Part shown: piece by piece, positions 10,506-19,476 of the stretch
How positions within the stretch are numbered: the first letter of the stretch is position 1
Layout: every line of letters starts with the position of its first letter
Assembly: GCF_963534045.1 (NCBI RefSeq)
Contig: NZ_CAUSQT010000002.1
Location: 46,670-110,669 of the forward strand
Direction of reading: 5' to 3'
Origin: an uncultured Veillonella sp.
GTDB taxonomy: Bacteria; Bacillota; Negativicutes; Veillonellales; Veillonellaceae
Length of the DNA stretch: 64,000 nt
Notes under the pieces: generated by a model
What the model was told of the DNA's origin: nothing
Database searches by the model: none
The model's input: the letters and a program-made list of their open reading frames with translations, nothing else
Program-made: the position numbers and the translations under genes

Positions 10506-10813
10506 TGCGTTGAAAAAGACGGCACGTCTCAGACGGATTTAGTAGAGACCAAACTCATGGGCTGAAAGGTTTGGAAATCTAGAGATTTGCGGATCACTTT
10601 GGAGCAAGCAGAAACCCTGCCGGTGAACACCGTTATATGTTTAAGTGGCTTTCACAGTTTACGTGATAAGCTCGCCTTATGTGTTACAATTATGCTTAGC
10701 ATGGTGTAATAATCGCAGAATATGCGAGGGCGCTAGCTTTCACCAGTAACGAGAGTCAGTAGGGTGGTACCACGGATATTACGTCCGTCCCTTCGGGGGC
10801 GGGCGATTTTTTT
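10506..10813 (+). promoter_or_regulatory. Isoleucine T-box leader
   Basis: AGAGA and GCTGAAA motifs, ATC (Ile) specifier near 10593, T-box AGGGTGGTACCACGG at about 10761-10775, terminator 10782-10813. Confidence 0.9.
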
Positions 10814-10831
10814 ATGTAAAAGGAGCACATC

Positions 10832-13666
10832 ATGGATTACGGTAAGACGTTACATTTGCCTGAAACAGAATTCCCAATGCGCGGCAATTTGCCTAAGCGC
10901 GAACCAGAAATCTTAAAGTTCTGGGAAGACAACAAAATTTATCAAAAACGTTTGGAATTGCGTAAAGACGCAAAACCTTTCATTTTGCATGATGGCCCTC
11001 CATATGCGAACGGTAAATTGCATATCGGTCATGCCCTCAACAAAACGTTGAAGGACATCATCATGAAATACAAGACTATGACTGGTCACTATACACGTTA
11101 CATCCCTGGTTGGGATACACATGGTTTGCCAATCGAGCATGCGGTTATTAAAAACACTGGTCTTAACCGTCATGAAATGGCGCCATTGGACTTGCGCAAC
11201 AAATGTAAGGAATATGCATTGGAATGCGTAGAAACTCAAAAACAAGACTTCATTCGCTTTGGTGTATTAGGTGAATGGGATCGCCCTTATTTGACATTAC
11301 GCCCTGAATTCGAAGTAAAACAACTTGGTATCTTTGGCGAAATGGCAAAACGCGGCCATATCTACAAAGGTCTTAAAACTGTATACTGGTGTACTCACTG
11401 CGAAACTGCATTGGCAGAAGCAGAAATCGAATACGCTGAGAAAAAATCCTTCTCTATCTACGTAAAATTCCCTTACGTATCCGAGAAAAAGGTAACATTG
11501 CCAGCTGGCGTAGATCCAAAACAAGCATACTCTGTTATCTGGACAACTACTCCTTGGACAATGCCTGCGAACGTAGCTATTTCCGTTAACCCTGACCTAG
11601 AATATGGCTGGGTAAAAGTAGGCGACGAATACTACTTGATGGCTACTGAACTCGTTGATGCGGCTATGAAAGATATCGGTATCGAAGACTATGAAATCGT
11701 AAATCGCTTCTCTGGCGCAGACTTAGAATTGGCTGAATTTAAACATCCATTCGTTGAACGTAATGCTACTGTATTGTGTGGCGACCATGTAACACTTGAA
11801 GCAGGTACTGGTTGCGTACATACAGCTCCTGCACACGGTGAAGACGACTTTAACATCGTTATGCGTTATAACAAGGAAGGCAAAACTGAACTTCCTATCG
11901 TATCCCTTGTAAATGAAACTGGTAACTACACTAAACAAGTGGACGACAACCGTTATGGTGATACTGAATTCCCATTGGCTGGTGTAGAAATTCACGATGC
12001 AGAAGTGCCTGTTATTAAAATCTTGGCGCACAACAATGCATTACTTCACAAATCTAGCTTGCGTCACCAATACGCTCACTGCTGGCGTTGTAAAAACCCG
12101 GTAATCTACCGTGCTACAGAACAATGGTTCTCTTCTGTAGATGGGTACCGTCAACAAGCGCTTGATGCTATTGATAACCAAGTACAATGGATTCCTAAAT
12201 GGGGCCACGACCGCATCTTCAACATGGTTCGCGACCGTGGTGACTGGGTAATTTCCCGTCAACGTATTTGGGGCGTGCCAATTCCTATTTACTATTGTGA
12301 AAGCTGCGGCGAGCATATCATCAACGATGATACTATCAAAGCATTACAAGAAAAAGTAGCTGTAGAAGGCTCTGATGCTTGGTGGGCTCACAGTGCAAAA
12401 GAATTGTTACCAGAAGGCTTCAAATGTCCTCATTGCGGTCATGATGAGTTCAAAAAAGAAACAGACATCATGGACGTATGGTTCGACTCTGGCTCCTCCT
12501 GGGCTGGCGTACTTGAAGTTAACGGCTTAGATGTACCATGTGCTATGTACCTTGAAGGTTCTGACCAACATCGTGGTTGGTTCAACTCTTCCTTGTTAAC
12601 TGCAGTAGCAACAACTGGTAAAGCACCATACAACTCCGTATTGACTCATGGCTTCGTTGTGGACGGCGAAGGTCGCAAAATGTCTAAATCTGTAGGTAAT
12701 ACAGTGGCTCCTAGCGACATCATCGACGTATACGGCGCTGACGTTATGCGTTTGTGGGTATCCTCCGCGGATTACCAAGCAGACGTACGTTTGTCCAAAG
12801 ACATCGTAAAACAATTATCTGAAGTATACCGTAAGATCCGCAACACATTCCGCTTCTTATTAGGCAACTTGGATGACTTCAATCCAAACACTGACAAAGT
12901 GGCTTACGCAGATATGTCCGAATTCGATAAATGGGCTTTGTTGCGCTTAGAAGAAGTACGTCAAAAGGTTACTGAAGCGTACGAAAACTATGAATTCCAC
13001 ATGTTGTACCATGCAATTCATAACTTCTGCACAGTAGACTTGAGCTCCATCTACCTTGATGTAATGAAAGATACTATGTATGCTGAAAGCAAAAATAACG
13101 TAGCACGTCGTTCTGCTCAAACAGCAATGTACGAAATCTTGAAAACATTGGTAGCTATGGTATCTCCTGTACTTTCATTTACAGCAGAAGAAGTTTGGAA
13201 ATACATGCCTAAAGAAGATGGCATGCCTGAATCCGTTATGCTTCAAGATTGGCCACAAGGTCATCCTGAACACTTCAACCAAGAATTGGCTGATAAATGG
13301 AACCAATTGTTAGACTTGCGTACATCCGTACAAAAGGCATTGGAACTTGCTCGTCAAAACAAAACAATCGGTCACCCATTGGATGCATCCGTTACAGTAT
13401 ACGCTGAAGGTGCTGCATTCGACGCATTGAACGCTCTTGGTGAAGAAGGCTTAGCTAAACTCGTTATCGTATCTGAAGCTCACATCGTCAATGGCGCTGC
13501 ACCAGCAGACGCTGTAAAAGACGAAGAAACAGGCGTTGCAACAGTAGTTGCTCCATCTGAACTTGAAAAATGTGAACGCTGCTGGATCCACCGCGATACA
13601 GTAGGCCAAGATAGCGAACACCCTACACTTTGCCACCGTTGTGCAGAAGTAGTGAAAGCACTATAA
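10832..13666 (+). CDS. ileS: Isoleucyl-tRNA synthetase
   Basis: HIGH, KMSKS, EGSDQHRGWF, C-terminal CERC..LCHRC zinc finger. Confidence 0.98.
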   Translation: MDYGKTLHLPETEFPMRGNLPKREPEILKFWEDNKIYQKRLELRKDAKPFILHDGPPYANGKLHIGHALNKTLKDIIMKYKTMTGHYTRYIPGWDTHGLPIEHAVIKNTGLNRHEMAPLDLRNKCKEYALECVETQKQDFIRFGVLGEWDRPYLTLRPEFEVKQLGIFGEMAKRGHIYKGLKTVYWCTHCETALAEAEIEYAEKKSFSIYVKFPYVSEKKVTLPAGVDPKQAYSVIWTTTPWTMPANVAISVNPDLEYGWVKVGDEYYLMATELVDAAMKDIGIEDYEIVNRFSGADLELAEFKHPFVERNATVLCGDHVTLEAGTGCVHTAPAHGEDDFNIVMRYNKEGKTELPIVSLVNETGNYTKQVDDNRYGDTEFPLAGVEIHDAEVPVIKILAHNNALLHKSSLRHQYAHCWRCKNPVIYRATEQWFSSVDGYRQQALDAIDNQVQWIPKWGHDRIFNMVRDRGDWVISRQRIWGVPIPIYYCESCGEHIINDDTIKALQEKVAVEGSDAWWAHSAKELLPEGFKCPHCGHDEFKKETDIMDVWFDSGSSWAGVLEVNGLDVPCAMYLEGSDQHRGWFNSSLLTAVATTGKAPYNSVLTHGFVVDGEGRKMSKSVGNTVAPSDIIDVYGADVMRLWVSSADYQADVRLSKDIVKQLSEVYRKIRNTFRFLLGNLDDFNPNTDKVAYADMSEFDKWALLRLEEVRQKVTEAYENYEFHMLYHAIHNFCTVDLSSIYLDVMKDTMYAESKNNVARRSAQTAMYEILKTLVAMVSPVLSFTAEEVWKYMPKEDGMPESVMLQDWPQGHPEHFNQELADKWNQLLDLRTSVQKALELARQNKTIGHPLDASVTVYAEGAAFDALNALGEEGLAKLVIVSEAHIVNGAAPADAVKDEETGVATVVAPSELEKCERCWIHRDTVGQDSEHPTLCHRCAEVVKAL

Positions 13667-13935
13667 TTCCACAATCGATTTAAATACAGTTGTCAAAATA
13701 GCCTCTTCAGAAGGCTCCATCGGCCGGGTCTGTTCCTTTGGAACAGGGCCAAAAGTCGCCTTCTAAAGGGGCTATTTTTCTGTATTTCATTCGATTTGTG
13801 GGATTATGGCACTAGGGGGAGAGATAGTCGCTTCTCGAAGGGGATATTTTTATTGGCATTAAAACTGTGTCGCTATTAGAGCCCTTTCGGAGGAGAGCAG
13901 CCAAAAGTCGCCTTCTAAAGGGGATATTTTGGTAG
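13663..13935 (+). repeat. Rod-hairpin repeat (core B) plus degenerate right-arm copies
   Basis: Arms 13663-13807 around CTCCATCGGCCGGGTCTG-TTCC-TTT-GGAA-CAGGGCCAAAAGTCG. The GTCGCCTTCTAAAGGGG arm recurs near 13827 and 13907. Confidence 0.8.
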
Positions 13936-14138
13936 TTCACTTAAAAACTTTTTAGATTTATGAATTCATTGTATGCTACCATTCTCCTCAAACATATGAT
14001 GATAATTGTTATCGTCCGATTTTCCTCATGAAAGCTTTATGTGTAAAAATCTACTCGTTTCATATTATAGTTAAAATACTCGTTTATGATATTTATAGTT
14101 AGTTTAGTAAATGAGTGTATGAGAAGGAGGAATATGCA

Positions 14139-14216
14139 ATGGTAGTAACAATCATTAAAGCTGTTATGACTGCTCTTACTGGTTTGGTAAACGCATTATT
14201 GCCTTTATTTAAATAA
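14139..14216 (+). CDS. 25-aa amphipathic peptide
   Basis: Not in ORF track. AAGGAGG RBS, MVVTIIKAVMTALTGLVNALLPLFK, double TAA, own terminator. Confidence 0.7.
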   Translation: MVVTIIKAVMTALTGLVNALLPLFK

Positions 14217-14237
14217 TAAAGTTCCCAAAACCCTCAT

Positions 14238-14283
14238 AAACCCTCAAAGCTTGAGTATATATACTCAGCTTTGAGGGTTTTTT
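14238..14283 (+). terminator. Intrinsic terminator after the peptide gene
   Basis: AAACCCTCAAAGCTTGAGTAT...ATACTCAGCTTTGAGGGTTTTTT. Confidence 0.8.
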
Positions 14284-14468
14284 CTTTATGTATATTTGTC
14301 TGCATAATTAAATAAGAATACACGCATAAATTGAATTAAAAGGATATTTATTATTTATTTAAATATATGAGCTTTCGTTGACTACATCTAAATATATGCA
14401 TATAATGAAAATGAAATAAGCATGAAAATAAGTATTTGTGAATTAATGTAAGAGGGAGAGTATTAGAT

Positions 14469-15596
14469 ATGAAATTAAATGTAATTATGAAAGCTATGGT
14501 TCTTGGAACCATAGCTTGTTCTATTAGTGCTACGGGCATTGCGGTAGATGTAGAGAATCAACATATACAATCTTCCTCTAATGAAGAACAAATGAGTAAT
14601 ATAGGAAAGCATGATGCAGTGAAATCTAACTGGATGGACCGTACGGATATTAAGTTAGGCACACAATCGAAACTGGGTAAGCAAGTATCTGTAGAAACAT
14701 TGCAACCCTTAACTCACTATGATGAAAACTCCAAGTCCGTATTGTTTGTACAAGGCGGTGTCGGTAAAGGTGGGCAAGAGCATAAGGTTAATTATTTTGA
14801 TGGTAGTGGTGGCATTTGGTATCCATACGACTCGGCTACAGGTACTGTGGAGACAAAGACTAAACCAGAACGACATGATGAGGCAAAATCTTTAGGTACT
14901 GTGGGTAATATTGGTTTAGGGTATCGTCAGCTCAGTAACCATGAACATGCTTATGTAGGTGTTAATGTATTTGCAGATCGCGCCTTCTCTGAGAATGCTA
15001 ATCGAGTTAGTGGAGGCTTAGAATATGTGGCCGGACTTAACGAAGTTCGTGTTAATGTATATAGAGGTTTGGGAAATATAAAATCTCAATCTTATATGGT
15101 GGGAGTGCCTGAATCGCATCTTCCAATTCCTTTGAATGGAGGAACTGCTAATTACACGGTATATAAGTCTCAAAAAGTATTATCTGGTTATGATGTAAGT
15201 TATGCTCGTACCTTTAAGAATGCTCGCTGGGCTCGGGTGCACATAGGGGCTTATCACTGGAAGGGGCTCGGTATTTCATCCTATAGTGGAGGGACCTCTC
15301 CGATTTCGGATCTTAATAATAGTTCTGGTTGGCAAGTGGGTACTACATTACAAGTGACACCACATGTCTCACTAGATTTAGGGTATACATCAGATAATAA
15401 TCATTCTAGTGGTGCCTATGGTTTTGTTAAATACACATTGGGTACATCTAAGTTTGCTTGGTATGGTGGTAAACATAGTGATGATACTATTACGAATGCT
15501 CGTGCTAGAATGTTAGACAAGGTAGACCGTAGTCCTATGACTATAGGCAAGTCGTATGAAGAGTATTGGGCTGTAGTACCTTGGGATATTTTGTAA
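14469..15596 (+). CDS. Inverse-autotransporter beta-barrel protein, paralog 1
   Basis: Signal peptide; NIGLGYR, GVNVFAD..RVSGGLEY, GYDV and MLDKVDR motifs of the intimin/invasin barrel; no passenger domain. Confidence 0.8.
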   Translation: MKLNVIMKAMVLGTIACSISATGIAVDVENQHIQSSSNEEQMSNIGKHDAVKSNWMDRTDIKLGTQSKLGKQVSVETLQPLTHYDENSKSVLFVQGGVGKGGQEHKVNYFDGSGGIWYPYDSATGTVETKTKPERHDEAKSLGTVGNIGLGYRQLSNHEHAYVGVNVFADRAFSENANRVSGGLEYVAGLNEVRVNVYRGLGNIKSQSYMVGVPESHLPIPLNGGTANYTVYKSQKVLSGYDVSYARTFKNARWARVHIGAYHWKGLGISSYSGGTSPISDLNNSSGWQVGTTLQVTPHVSLDLGYTSDNNHSSGAYGFVKYTLGTSKFAWYGGKHSDDTITNARARMLDKVDRSPMTIGKSYEEYWAVVPWDIL

Positions 15597-15620
15597 AGGT
15601 TAGAGAGGAGAAAGTAAGAC

Positions 15621-16901
15621 TTGAAAAGTAAGTTAGTATTTAGAGCCATGGTGTTAGGTGCTGTAGCATGTGTATTTAGTGCTACAGGTTTTGCAGCAGA
15701 CGTACAAAATGGACATGGACAAGGTATTGCAGATTCTACTACAGAAGTGAATGGGGCTAAACATGAAGCTGTTCGTTCCAATTGGTTAGACCGCACGGAT
15801 ATTGCTGTAGGTGTACAGACCGGAGGTCAGTCCAAATTAGATAAAGGGCACTTTTTAACGGATGATTTGAATACCATTTATAATAAGAAATCTGATTACG
15901 GTAATCTAACGAAAGCTTATATAGAAACATTGCAGCCTATTTCTCATTATGATGAGAACAGTAGAAGTGTTCTATTTGTACAGGGGCGCATTGGACGTGG
16001 CGGTGAGAAAATAGCTTCAAAAGAGCTGCGGGGCTATCTTCTCCCTGAAACAGTAATCAATCGGCATGGGCAATCTAGTTACACTAAAATCAATACGGAT
16101 GAAAAATCATCAGAAACATTAGGGATTATCGGTACTGTTGGTATTGGCTATCGACGCCTTAGTCGAAATGAACATGCTTATGTAGGTGTCAATGCATTCG
16201 TAGATCGAGCTTTTACAGACAATTACAATCGTATCAGCGGTGGAGTAGAGTATGTAAATGGACTCAACGAAGTATATGCTAATGTGTACAGGGGGCTTGG
16301 TAATAAGGAGCTTGTAAAAGGTGGTGGTGGTAATCCATATCCTAAACGCTTGTATCCTAATGGTTATCCAGAAGGGTTTAGTTTACCTGATAGTCCATAC
16401 GGTGTTATTCCATCAGAGAATTATTATACCTATAAAGGCGGTAGAGCACTAGGCGGCTATGAAATCGGTTTCGCTAGATCCTTCAAGAATGCTCGTTGGG
16501 CTCGTGCTTATGTGAATGGATATCGCTGGAAGGGGCAGGGGTTTGGCCATAAACAATATTATAATTGGGGTCGTCCAGGCCATTGGTCTGTTCCATGGTT
16601 TTCTGTGCGAAATGCAAATCACTATAAGGGAATTAAAATCGGTGCTGAATTACAGTTAACGCCACATATATCCTTAGATATTGGGTATAACCATGCAAAC
16701 AATATGTCGAAAGGCATGTATGGTACTGTGAAATATACATTAGGTACATCTAAATTTGCCTTCTGGGGTGGCAAGCATAGTGATGATACGATTACTACAG
16801 CTCGTTCTAAAATGCTAAATAAGGTACGTCGTCAAGACATGATTGTAGAATCCTTTGATGATATTGAATACGATTATTTAGCACCTATTGATCATCTATA
16901 A
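15621..16901 (+). CDS. Inverse-autotransporter beta-barrel protein, paralog 2
   Basis: Same conserved blocks; TTG start after GAGGAG. Confidence 0.8.
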   Translation: MKSKLVFRAMVLGAVACVFSATGFAADVQNGHGQGIADSTTEVNGAKHEAVRSNWLDRTDIAVGVQTGGQSKLDKGHFLTDDLNTIYNKKSDYGNLTKAYIETLQPISHYDENSRSVLFVQGRIGRGGEKIASKELRGYLLPETVINRHGQSSYTKINTDEKSSETLGIIGTVGIGYRRLSRNEHAYVGVNAFVDRAFTDNYNRISGGVEYVNGLNEVYANVYRGLGNKELVKGGGGNPYPKRLYPNGYPEGFSLPDSPYGVIPSENYYTYKGGRALGGYEIGFARSFKNARWARAYVNGYRWKGQGFGHKQYYNWGRPGHWSVPWFSVRNANHYKGIKIGAELQLTPHISLDIGYNHANNMSKGMYGTVKYTLGTSKFAFWGGKHSDDTITTARSKMLNKVRRQDMIVESFDDIEYDYLAPIDHL

Positions 16902-16963
16902 TACCACTGTAGTTTAGATTATAGATATTAAATAAGACATGTAATAATAGGAGAGTAATTTTA

Positions 16964-18214
16964 ATGAGCAAGACATTAATGATAAAAGCAATGGCTTTAG
17001 GTGTTGTAGTATGTGCGTTTAGTGCTACAGGTTTTGCAGCAGATGTACAAAATGGGTATGGGCAAGGTATAGCAGATTCTACTACAGAAGTGAATGGAGC
17101 TAAACATGAAGCTGTTCGTTCTAGCTGGATGGACCGTACAGATGTGGTAGTTGGCGTTGGTATGAAAGACTCGAGAGAAAAGGAAACCGAGCAATTCCAT
17201 AACTTTACATCATTGGATAATCAGCCGATTACTGTAACTTCGAAAAGTTCAAAATCTACTGAAATCAATAAATTGTATATTGAGACATTACAACCTATAA
17301 CCCATTATGATGAAAACGCTAAAAGCGTTGTCTTTGTACAAGGTCGCATTGGTCGTAGTGGAGAAAAGATTTCATCTTATAAATTAAATGATTATTGGGT
17401 TCCAGCCAGACCTGCAGGGACGTTTACGGTACATAACAGGCAAACAGATAAGGAAGAATCCTTAGGTATGAATGCAAATATTGGTATTGGTTATCGTCGC
17501 CTTAGTAAAGGTGAACATGCTTATGTAGGTGTTAATGCATTCTATGACCACGTGTTTAAAGGTGGTTATAAGCGCGTTAGTGGCGGTGTAGAATATGTGG
17601 CAGGCCTTAATGAAATCCATGCTAATCTGTACCGAAACTTGGGGACTGATGATAGAAAATATATAGGGCTCCATGGGCGAAGTATTGTGTTAGGTGATCC
17701 TACAGGATTGTATCCATACGGTAGAGATCCTGATACTAGTCTCTATGATTATGCTATAGTTGATTACGAAAATCATTGGATGTTATCAGAAAAGGTTGCG
17801 GCCAGTGGATTTGATGTAGGGTACTCACGGACCTTCAAAAATGCTCGCTGGGCTCGTGTCTATGCGGACTATTATAATTGGCGTGGTAGAGAGGCTGTAA
17901 GAGTAGGCTATGAAAAACTAAATAAGCGCGATGCTATCAAAGGTTTTAAAGTGGGTGCAGAATTTCATATTACACCACATCTTACTCTCGATGCAGGTTA
18001 CAAAACAGCATCTCATCATTTGAGTGGTCCTTATGCAACCTTGAAATATACAATTGGTACATCTAAGTTTGCTTGGCGTGGTGGTAAACATAGTGAAAGT
18101 GCCATTACAACGGCTCGGTCTAAGATGCTTGATAAGGTACATCGCAGTGATATGGTTGTACAAGAAACTGTAGAAGAAGCTTATGATCATGGCGTTGTCG
18201 ACGTAGGTTTATAA
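16964..18214 (+). CDS. Inverse-autotransporter beta-barrel protein, paralog 3
   Basis: Same blocks, GVNAFYD motif. Confidence 0.8.
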   Translation: MSKTLMIKAMALGVVVCAFSATGFAADVQNGYGQGIADSTTEVNGAKHEAVRSSWMDRTDVVVGVGMKDSREKETEQFHNFTSLDNQPITVTSKSSKSTEINKLYIETLQPITHYDENAKSVVFVQGRIGRSGEKISSYKLNDYWVPARPAGTFTVHNRQTDKEESLGMNANIGIGYRRLSKGEHAYVGVNAFYDHVFKGGYKRVSGGVEYVAGLNEIHANLYRNLGTDDRKYIGLHGRSIVLGDPTGLYPYGRDPDTSLYDYAIVDYENHWMLSEKVAASGFDVGYSRTFKNARWARVYADYYNWRGREAVRVGYEKLNKRDAIKGFKVGAEFHITPHLTLDAGYKTASHHLSGPYATLKYTIGTSKFAWRGGKHSESAITTARSKMLDKVHRSDMVVQETVEEAYDHGVVDVGL

Positions 18215-18294
18215 TTTTTAACTAATTAAATTTACCTAGAAAATTGTAATTGGGTGTTGTAGCAATAATTATGTAAGTGAAGGATTATTTTTAT

Positions 18295-19401
18295 ATGTAT
18301 TGTAAAACAAAGTTTAATATACGACTACTACTTTGTGTAGCAGCTTGTACGACGTGTTGGACTATTGCATTAGCGGATAGTGCTGATAGAGAAAATGCTA
18401 CACCAGTGGATGCAGGTATTCATCAAAGTTGGGCTGATAGAACTGATGTCTCTGCGAAGTTTCAAACCAATCACAAGCCAATATATAGCATAGAGACCTT
18501 ACAACCTATAGGTCATTATGATAACAACTCTAAGAGCGTAGTGTTTGTGCAAGGTAAAGTTAGTTCTCATGGCGGTGTAAGTCAAATTGCCAATGGATAT
18601 GCGAATCATGCTACTCGTAATGCGGGCGGAATTGTATATGAATATGACTTTAATCAATCAGTACAATCTATAGGCACGACTGGTAGCGTAGGACTCGGCT
18701 ATCGACGACTAAGTAGAGGAGAGCATAGCTACGTAGGTATTAATGCTTTTTATGACTATACTTTCAAAGAACATTATAAGCGTGCCAGTTTGGGTGTAGA
18801 ATATGTAACTGGTGAGAATGAATTTTATGCTAATTTCTATAAACCATTAGGACATACGACATCATCTCATAGTTTGACTACACGTGACGAAATGATTCCT
18901 GCACCTTATAATGTGATGGATACAGACGTTAATGTTGGTGAAAGTCATGAAAAACGTATTGCCTCTGGATATGATATTGGATACGCACGAACTTTCAAAA
19001 ATGCCCGTTATGTTCGAGCCTACATTGACCGTTATCATTGGAATCATATGAATGGTGAGATTAGAGATATAGAATGGTTTAGTGATGATATATATAATAT
19101 TGCATTTCCTGTAAATAGTATCTTTAATAATGGCCTTAAGACAGGTGTTAATGTGAATGTGACCCCTCATATTTCTGTAGGTCTAGGCTATGATAAACCA
19201 TTTGGTCATTCTGGCGAGTTTTATGTACAAACTATGTATACGCTTGGTAAATCTAAGTTTGCTCTCTTTGGTGGAAAGCATAGTGATGATAGCATGACTA
19301 CTGCTCGTTCTAAAATGCTCGATAAGGTTGAACGTCAAGATATGCAAGCCCTCAATCTAAAGGGGGATTTTCAAGTTCATTACCCTCATGATCATTTATA
19401 A
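18295..19401 (+). CDS. Inverse-autotransporter beta-barrel protein, paralog 4
   Basis: Same blocks, GINAFYDY..RASLGVEY; more divergent signal peptide; start uncertain (18277 or 18295). Confidence 0.8.
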   Translation: MYCKTKFNIRLLLCVAACTTCWTIALADSADRENATPVDAGIHQSWADRTDVSAKFQTNHKPIYSIETLQPIGHYDNNSKSVVFVQGKVSSHGGVSQIANGYANHATRNAGGIVYEYDFNQSVQSIGTTGSVGLGYRRLSRGEHSYVGINAFYDYTFKEHYKRASLGVEYVTGENEFYANFYKPLGHTTSSHSLTTRDEMIPAPYNVMDTDVNVGESHEKRIASGYDIGYARTFKNARYVRAYIDRYHWNHMNGEIRDIEWFSDDIYNIAFPVNSIFNNGLKTGVNVNVTPHISVGLGYDKPFGHSGEFYVQTMYTLGKSKFALFGGKHSDDSMTTARSKMLDKVERQDMQALNLKGDFQVHYPHDHL

Positions 19402-19428
19402 TATATGTAGCCTGTTTTAGGTTATAAC

Positions 19429-19463
19429 AAAGGAGCTAGTACGCTGTGTACTAGCTCCTTTTT
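19429..19463. terminator. Bidirectional terminator
   Basis: AAAGGAGCTAGTAC-GCTGT-GTACTAGCTCCTTTTT. Confidence 0.8.
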
Positions 19464-19476
19464 GTATGTATTCTTG

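Noticed and set aside
14469..19401. Diversity-generating retroelement or invertible shufflon acting on the barrel genes
   Set aside because: No reverse transcriptase or recombinase, all copies in one orientation, and variation is not adenine-specific.
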